A DNA stretch of 64,000 nucleotides from an uncultured Hellea sp. (lineage in GTDB: Bacteria; Pseudomonadota; Alphaproteobacteria; Caulobacterales; Maricaulaceae): the NCBI GenBank assembly GCA_905477785.1, contig CAJQGR010000008.1, positions 4,900-68,899 on the forward strand. The letters run 5' to 3'. A model generated the notes under the pieces. That model had not been told where the DNA came from. It was given only the letters and a program-made list of their open reading frames with translations, and ran no database searches. The translations under genes were made by a program, and so were the position numbers. Of this stretch, positions 58,802 to 64,000 are shown one piece after another. Positions within the stretch are counted from its first letter, which is position 1, and each line of letters opens with the position of its first letter.

Positions 58802-59950
58802 CTAGAACGCTGAAATGCCAGTTAAAGCTCTGCCTATAATAAGTTTTTGAATTTCAGTTGTACCCTCTGTGAAGGGGAACACACGAACGGCGCGGTTTAA
58901 ATATTCAACCAGATATTCACGTATGATCCCGCTCGCGCCATGAATTTGAACGGCATCATATACGACTTCACAGGCCAGTTCGGTTCCATACCACTTCGTC
59001 ATTGCAACATGTACTTGGTCAGGTGCTCCGCGGTCGATCTGGTCCAGGGCTTTAAGGGCCATCAACTTGCCAGCTTCGATCTTGGTGGCCATTGTTGCCA
59101 ATTTATCTTGAATCATCTGTTTGCCCGCAATAGGGCCGCCAAACTGTTTGCGATCTTTAGCAAATGATAAGGCTTCATCGAGTGCGGCTTGGGCAATGCC
59201 AAGCGCCATCATTGTCACAATCGGACGAGACATAGCTAACGTCCCAAGCATAGATTTCATGGCGTTGGGAGCGGACACGACAACATTTTCTGCAGGCACT
59301 TTAACGTCATTAAAAAACACCTGAGCGGTCGACTGAGAATTGAGCGCAGTCTTCTCTAAATCTTTTGTTTGATAGCCGTGATTGCGCTCTACGAGAATGA
59401 GGCCGAGCCCTTGATCTGAACTGCCATCAGAAAAGTTGGCGAGTACAAATATGAAATCAGAATACCCTCCGCTGGAATTCCAAGTTTTTTCGCCGTTTAG
59501 GATGTAATTATCGCCGTCTTTCTTAGCCCTTAATTTCACCCCCGCCATATCTGATCCGCCGTCAGGCTCCGAGAGGCCAACGCTCGCGGCAGTATTGCAA
59601 TCCATCAAATCCCTTTGATATTTAGCCTTGAGGTGCTTGGGGGCTGCTGACATTAATTTGGTAGTGATTCCGTATATCTGTGTTGTTACAGCTATGTCGG
59701 GCGAAACTCGCGCCAGTTCATGCATTAAAAGGCCATAGGTGACCTGATCCAAATCCATCCCTCCATCGCTTTCGGACACCATGCCATTCACTACTCCAAA
59801 AGGGATCAGGCGTTTTTGGATGTCCAAAGCCATATCTTTAGGAATGAACTTATCACGATACTCATCAGCAATTGGCCGGATATCACTCTCTAAAAAGCGT
59901 TTGAATCCTTCCAACAATATCACTTGCTCTTCATTTAAAGAAAAATCCAT
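58802..59950 (-). CDS. Acyl-CoA dehydrogenase family protein
   Basis: MDFSLNEEQ, LSEPDGGSD, NGEKTW.S, R.QFG.PI...Q.IQ, QIHGASG, TEGTTEIQ. Confidence 0.95.
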   Translation of the reverse strand: MDFSLNEEQVILLEGFKRFLESDIRPIADEYRDKFIPKDMALDIQKRLIPFGVVNGMVSESDGGMDLDQVTYGLLMHELARVSPDIAVTTQIYGITTKLMSAAPKHLKAKYQRDLMDCNTAASVGLSEPDGGSDMAGVKLRAKKDGDNYILNGEKTWNSSGGYSDFIFVLANFSDGSSDQGLGLILVERNHGYQTKDLEKTALNSQSTAQVFFNDVKVPAENVVVSAPNAMKSMLGTLAMSRPIVTMMALGIAQAALDEALSFAKDRKQFGGPIAGKQMIQDKLATMATKIEAGKLMALKALDQIDRGAPDQVHVAMTKWYGTELACEVVYDAVQIHGASGIIREYLVEYLNRAVRVFPFTEGTTEIQKLIIGRALTGISAF

Positions 59951-60146
59951 AACGTCCTCTTACTTCAATCATTCATACATTTGACTGGGTGGTTTTGCTT
60001 GGTCAATTTTGGCAAAAACAAAGTCACCTTGATATAGAATTTATCCGACAACTAGGTTCATCGATTGTAGCAAATTTAATATTGCGCATAACACAACCCT
60101 GAGAAGACGTTTCATTAACCTCAGTTTGAATAGATTTGAAACGAGA

Positions 60147-61427
60147 TCAGTCAATGAGCTTGTCGCCTGAACCAAGAACGAGATAGCAAACTCCACCAAT
60201 CACGCTAATTATTGCTGTTACGATGAATACATTTTCATAGGATCCGGTTTGCTGAACAATATAACCAGCGGCAATCGCCCCTATTGCGCCAGCAGCGGTT
60301 CCAAAGGTGTTAAGTGTTCCATAGATAATATCGGCAAAACGCGGCGCAATATCCAGACTATTTGGAACTAGGCCTGCATAAGCGAAAGCTAATATCCCTA
60401 AGGCCGCGCACATCAAGATTGTTGCAGATTTTGCGCTTTCAGCATCTCTCAGAAAGTACATAAATATTGCAGAGCCTAATAAGCCAAAGCCAATTAAAAT
60501 TTTTCGTGTTTTTGTCGCGCTAATGCCAGTTTTCAGCATGTAATCTGCAACCCAGCCGGTCACATTCATCATGAGAAACATGACAATCCAAGGCAGCACT
60601 GCATATATCCCTGCCCCAGCGAGGTCGAGCTTATGTACATCGGAGAAGTAACTGGGAAGCCAGGATAGAAAAATATACAGCGTCCATGAAGCCGCAAAGC
60701 CTGTAATGCAAAGTGCCCAAACAGGCTTTGCTAAGAAGATTTCCTTCCAGGGGATAACTTTAGCTTTTTCTTTTACACCGCCCCCAGCCGCGATAATTGT
60801 TCTTTCATAGCTCGTAATCGATGGATGCTGATCCGGGTGTTCCTTTATCAAAAAATACCAAAAGATTGCCCAAATGAATCCCAAAGCTCCAAAGGCGTAA
60901 AAAATCATTTCCCAGCCATAAGTCGTTACAATCTTGGGGCCTAACAAAAGTGCGCCAACGGTTCCGAGAATCGTTCCAGAAGAAAGAAAGCTCATAACTC
61001 GAGATTGCTCTGTCTGAGGGAACCAACGTCCAACTACCGTAAAAGAAGACGGAGCTAGGCCAGCTTCACCAACACCCATCAGGAATCGTACGGCCAGTAA
61101 AGCGGGAATGGACATGAATGCCGCTATTGGCGTTATTAATGTGAAGACTGACCAAAAAACGACGGCCCAGCCAAGAACAAGTTTACCTCCAAATCGATTG
61201 GCGAGATAACCACCGCCAATTTGCATGCACAAATAACCCCAAAAAAAGAAGCTAAAGACATACCCTTTATCAACATCAGACCAGCCAAATTCCTTTTGCA
61301 TGCTGATGGCGGCAATCGAAATGTTTACGCGGTCAAGGTAGCAAATGACGAATGCAAAAAATGCTAAAACCAATACCGTCATACGTTTTGGCCAGAACGG
61401 CTTTTGCGTGTTTATTTCCGCTCCCAT
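60147..61427 (-). CDS. MFS transporter, anion:cation symporter (ACS/SLC17-like) family
   Basis: ICYLDRVNISIA, GGYLANRFGGK, RFLMGVGEA, RWFP..E, WLPSYF. ATG 61427 has an AAGGGG RBS; the ORF-track extension to 61775 overlaps the divergent gene. Confidence 0.92.
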   Translation of the reverse strand: MGAEINTQKPFWPKRMTVLVLAFFAFVICYLDRVNISIAAISMQKEFGWSDVDKGYVFSFFFWGYLCMQIGGGYLANRFGGKLVLGWAVVFWSVFTLITPIAAFMSIPALLAVRFLMGVGEAGLAPSSFTVVGRWFPQTEQSRVMSFLSSGTILGTVGALLLGPKIVTTYGWEMIFYAFGALGFIWAIFWYFLIKEHPDQHPSITSYERTIIAAGGGVKEKAKVIPWKEIFLAKPVWALCITGFAASWTLYIFLSWLPSYFSDVHKLDLAGAGIYAVLPWIVMFLMMNVTGWVADYMLKTGISATKTRKILIGFGLLGSAIFMYFLRDAESAKSATILMCAALGILAFAYAGLVPNSLDIAPRFADIIYGTLNTFGTAAGAIGAIAAGYIVQQTGSYENVFIVTAIISVIGGVCYLVLGSGDKLID

Positions 61428-61574
61428 AAATTCCCCTTTTTGCGCTACTCTATTAGAGCACGCTTCTGAAAGCTTATCAAATTGGGCACTTATACTGTCT
61501 GCGAGGCCTAATTCTCTAATATAGAATTGACAATTGCAGCTTGACGGCTCTTTTAAGACAAGTAGAGAATTTAT

Positions 61575-62663
61575 ATGTACAATGCCAAGCCTAATTTTAG
61601 CGATGATTATCAAGAGTCGCGCGCCAAGTTTCTTGCCGCGATGAGCAAACGAGGCGAGGTGATTTCCATTCGGCATCCTAAAAAAGGTCCGGACGGTCAA
61701 GACCTCTATCTCGATTTTGGTATAATTGGTCCGGACGACGCCCGAGGCGCGCTTATTTTGATTAGTGGCACTCACGGTCCTGAAATATTTGCTGGCTCAG
61801 GCCCACAAGCAGCACTCCTAAATTCAGGGCTAATCAATGATTATGCGGATCTCCGCGTTATTCTGGTCCACGCTCATAACCCTTATGGTTGTGCGTGGTT
61901 GCGGCGCACAGACCACAACAATATTGACCTTAATCGTAATTATTACGATTTCTCCAAACCCTTCATCCCGCATCCTGGCTATGACGTGTTGCGTCCGGTC
62001 ATGGTGCCCACTGAGTGGGATTCAGTCGCACTCGGTAAGGGCTTGGCGGATTATGAGGCCCAACATGGTAAGGTTGGATTGCTTGCCGCCATGGTCACGG
62101 GCCAAAGCCACGATCCGGATGGAATGTTTTTCCGTGGCGAGGGCCCGGCTTGGTCGCACATTCAAATGAAAGATGTGCTACCGAAACTAACAAAAACGCA
62201 AGACATTGTTAGCGTCATAGATTTCCATACTGGGCTAGGTCCTTATGGTGTACCCTATATGGTACACGGATACGAACCTGGCTCGTCGGAATTCATCGCG
62301 TTTAAAAAAGCCTACGAGGGGGAAGTTCGTTCGACCATGGACCCGGCGGATATTGACGAGGATCTCCCCGGCTCCCCCGAAGGCCCCATTGTCTTGGGAA
62401 TGAAGGCCTTGCTGCCCGGAAAACAGAGTTACGCTGTAGTCATCGAATACGGCACAGTACCACCGGAACAGGTCTTTGGTACACTGATGCATGACAATTG
62501 GATGCATGCCCACGGCACGCCGGGGACCGACGAATGGAACGCGGTGAAACAGAATGTGCGAGAAGTTTTTTATCCGCGTGAGGATAAGTGGAAAGACATG
62601 ATCTGGGAGCGGGCCGTCTGGGCCGTTGAGCGCTCGGCAAAACTGGCGCGCGGCGAATTTTAA
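61575..62663 (+). CDS. DUF2817 / M14-like zinc metallohydrolase
   Basis: SGTHGPE (HxxE), HNPYG...RR, NIDLNRNY, IDFHTGLG, IEYGT. Confidence 0.85.
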   Translation: MYNAKPNFSDDYQESRAKFLAAMSKRGEVISIRHPKKGPDGQDLYLDFGIIGPDDARGALILISGTHGPEIFAGSGPQAALLNSGLINDYADLRVILVHAHNPYGCAWLRRTDHNNIDLNRNYYDFSKPFIPHPGYDVLRPVMVPTEWDSVALGKGLADYEAQHGKVGLLAAMVTGQSHDPDGMFFRGEGPAWSHIQMKDVLPKLTKTQDIVSVIDFHTGLGPYGVPYMVHGYEPGSSEFIAFKKAYEGEVRSTMDPADIDEDLPGSPEGPIVLGMKALLPGKQSYAVVIEYGTVPPEQVFGTLMHDNWMHAHGTPGTDEWNAVKQNVREVFYPREDKWKDMIWERAVWAVERSAKLARGEF

Positions 62664-62714
62664 TATATAATCGCCGTATTAGTCGGCCAGGCAGGTGTCC
62701 TGTCAATTCACCCC

Positions 62715-63836
62715 TTAACTGCGCATTCTTTTACCCTTGGGATCAAAAAACGAATAACCTTTTAAGACCTCGGCTCCGACAATTCCGTCTTCGGTCTTTA
62801 TGCGAACTTTCCCGTCTGTGATCAGATTTTTGTGGTTCTTAGCAAAGGAAATCCCAATAGTTTTATCCAATATGTGACTGTAGTGCACAGACGGCATTTT
62901 TCCGACTTCTTCGTCGCCGGCCATCATTATTCCGGCAGGCGAAATGGCACACTTTCCTTGGGTTTGAAAGCGCACAAGCCGTCTCTCTGGCGTATTGTTT
63001 TCAAGGGCCTTTAAGGCATCTTCGCCGACAAACCCTGTGTGACCGCGGTCCCAGGTAAAACTCATTCCGGCTTCGAATAAATTGGCTGTCCCATCAATAT
63101 CATGGCCGGGAATGATATGACCTTTTTCCAGACGTAATACTGACATACCCATGATAGCGGTGGGTTTTGCGCCGTAAAGTTCGCCCGCACCGCGGAGTTT
63201 GTTCCAAATTTTCACGGCCTCACCTGATGGAACGTGGAGTTCAAATCCTAATTCACCCAAGAATCCGATCCGCAAGACCCGGCAGGGAACATTCGCGATG
63301 TCCATGTCTTTGATACGCATAAAGCGAAAGGCATCTTTGGAAATATCGCCCTCGGTGATGGCGCTTAGAATTTCCCGAGCTTTTGGCCCGGCTAGATTGA
63401 TAGCGGCAAAGTCATGAGATTGGTCCGCGATTTGGTAATCGAAGCCGGCCTCGCTACAGTGTTTTGTGATCCAGTCTTGGAAGGTTGCACTACGGCCCGT
63501 ACTTGTCATCAGATAAAATTCGTTGTCTGATCGGCGGCTGACCACGCCGTCGTCGATGCCGCAGCCATTTTCGTCAAGAAGGACAAAGTGCGTGACATGG
63601 CCAGGTTTCAGATCCTCCACACTTTTGGGGATGACACGCCCAATCGCTTTGGCCGCGTCTTTACCGGTAATGGAAAACTTCCCAAAACTTGAGCTGTCCA
63701 TAATAATGGCGCTTTCGTGAGCTGTGGCGGCTTCCATTTCTGGATCGCCGAAAATAGCAATGCGTTCCCATTCTCCAAATGTTGCGGCAATGCCGCCAGC
63801 TTCCAACTGAATGTCGTGTAAAGGTGTTCGTTTCAT
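62715..63836 (-). CDS. Stand-alone aminomethyltransferase (GcvT-like) protein
   Basis: MKRTPLH, D.SSFGKF.ITG.DA, DDGVV.R...NEFYLMT, AINLAGPKAR, RIGFLGELGFELH, LRLEKGH, FFDPKG.R. Start moved to ATG 63836. Confidence 0.88.
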   Translation of the reverse strand: MKRTPLHDIQLEAGGIAATFGEWERIAIFGDPEMEAATAHESAIIMDSSSFGKFSITGKDAAKAIGRVIPKSVEDLKPGHVTHFVLLDENGCGIDDGVVSRRSDNEFYLMTSTGRSATFQDWITKHCSEAGFDYQIADQSHDFAAINLAGPKAREILSAITEGDISKDAFRFMRIKDMDIANVPCRVLRIGFLGELGFELHVPSGEAVKIWNKLRGAGELYGAKPTAIMGMSVLRLEKGHIIPGHDIDGTANLFEAGMSFTWDRGHTGFVGEDALKALENNTPERRLVRFQTQGKCAISPAGIMMAGDEEVGKMPSVHYSHILDKTIGISFAKNHKNLITDGKVRIKTEDGIVGAEVLKGYSFFDPKGKRMRS

Positions 63837-64000
63837 GACGGGTTCAATTCCTTTTCCAGTGAATAGGTCCTTTCTTTTAAGTCGATCAGCATTCAAGATA
63901 GAAAATCTCGCGATTGAATAAAACTCATAACGTAAAGATAAGTATTCAATTCGAAGAATTCTCATATCTGGGGTCACAACAAAGGGATGAAATATGAGCG

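Larger units (their letters stand above)
52576..64000. mobile_element. Putative genomic island (higher-GC catabolic block) next to the tRNA-Arg 3' end; right end not in window
   Basis: GC rises abruptly (spot counts about 33% at 52141-52200 versus 45-55% at 52681, 52741, 56281 and 62461). Gene content is accessory. No integrase or att repeat seen. Confidence 0.55.

Noticed and set aside
59979-60010. TTGAC-N16-GTCAA inverted repeat upstream of the acyl-CoA dehydrogenase operon
   Set aside because: The arms are only 5 bp with a long spacer and there is no second copy. Too weak to call an operator.
61428-61775. 116-aa N-terminal extension of the MFS transporter
   Set aside because: It overlaps the divergent DUF2817 gene. 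ATG 61427 has a good RBS and gives a normal 12-TM length.
63837-63977. 47-aa upstream extension of the GcvT-like ORF, considered as a remnant of a sarcosine oxidase alpha fusion
   Set aside because: The extension shows no FAD/NAD-domain motifs. The family typically begins at KRTPLH.

Overview
This is chromosomal DNA from an AT-rich alphaproteobacterium. The assignment is inferred from gene orders typical of the class: radA-cvpA-purF-SDR, dnaG-rpoD, yqeY/carA, carB-greA, trxB-lysR, zapA-6S-ygfA and gap-pgk-fba. About 1-52.6 kb is mostly housekeeping DNA (spot-counted 60-mers about 28-38% GC). Three parts stand out. (1) At 9.8-21.5 kb a TonB-dependent receptor is surrounded by four tryptophan-halogenase-like genes, one with every catalytic motif degenerate. 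The locus also has a secreted TPR-like protein with a TonB-box-like motif, a stand-alone carbohydrate-binding module and a GST. The same LacI-type palindrome, TTGACAGCGCTGTCAA, occurs twice. (2) An unannotated sRNA of about 120 nt lies after trxB-lysR, with two anti-Shine-Dalgarno loops, a terminator and an upstream palindrome near -65. This matches the LsrB/VtlR-AbcR layout of Rhizobiales. (3) Right after tRNA-Arg(ACG), GC steps up to about 45-55% in spot counts. The block that follows holds a translationally coupled five-gene catabolic operon (acyl-CoA dehydrogenase, 2-hydroxy-acid oxidase, IorAB fusion, PaaI thioesterase, CaiB/racemase), an ACS-family MFS transporter, a DUF2817 hydrolase and a stand-alone GcvT-like protein. 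Also present are tRNA-Ile2(CAT), 6S RNA and a DUF2161 gene with no canonical start codon. No CRISPR array, integrase or transposase was seen. All family calls come from motif recognition, not database searches.
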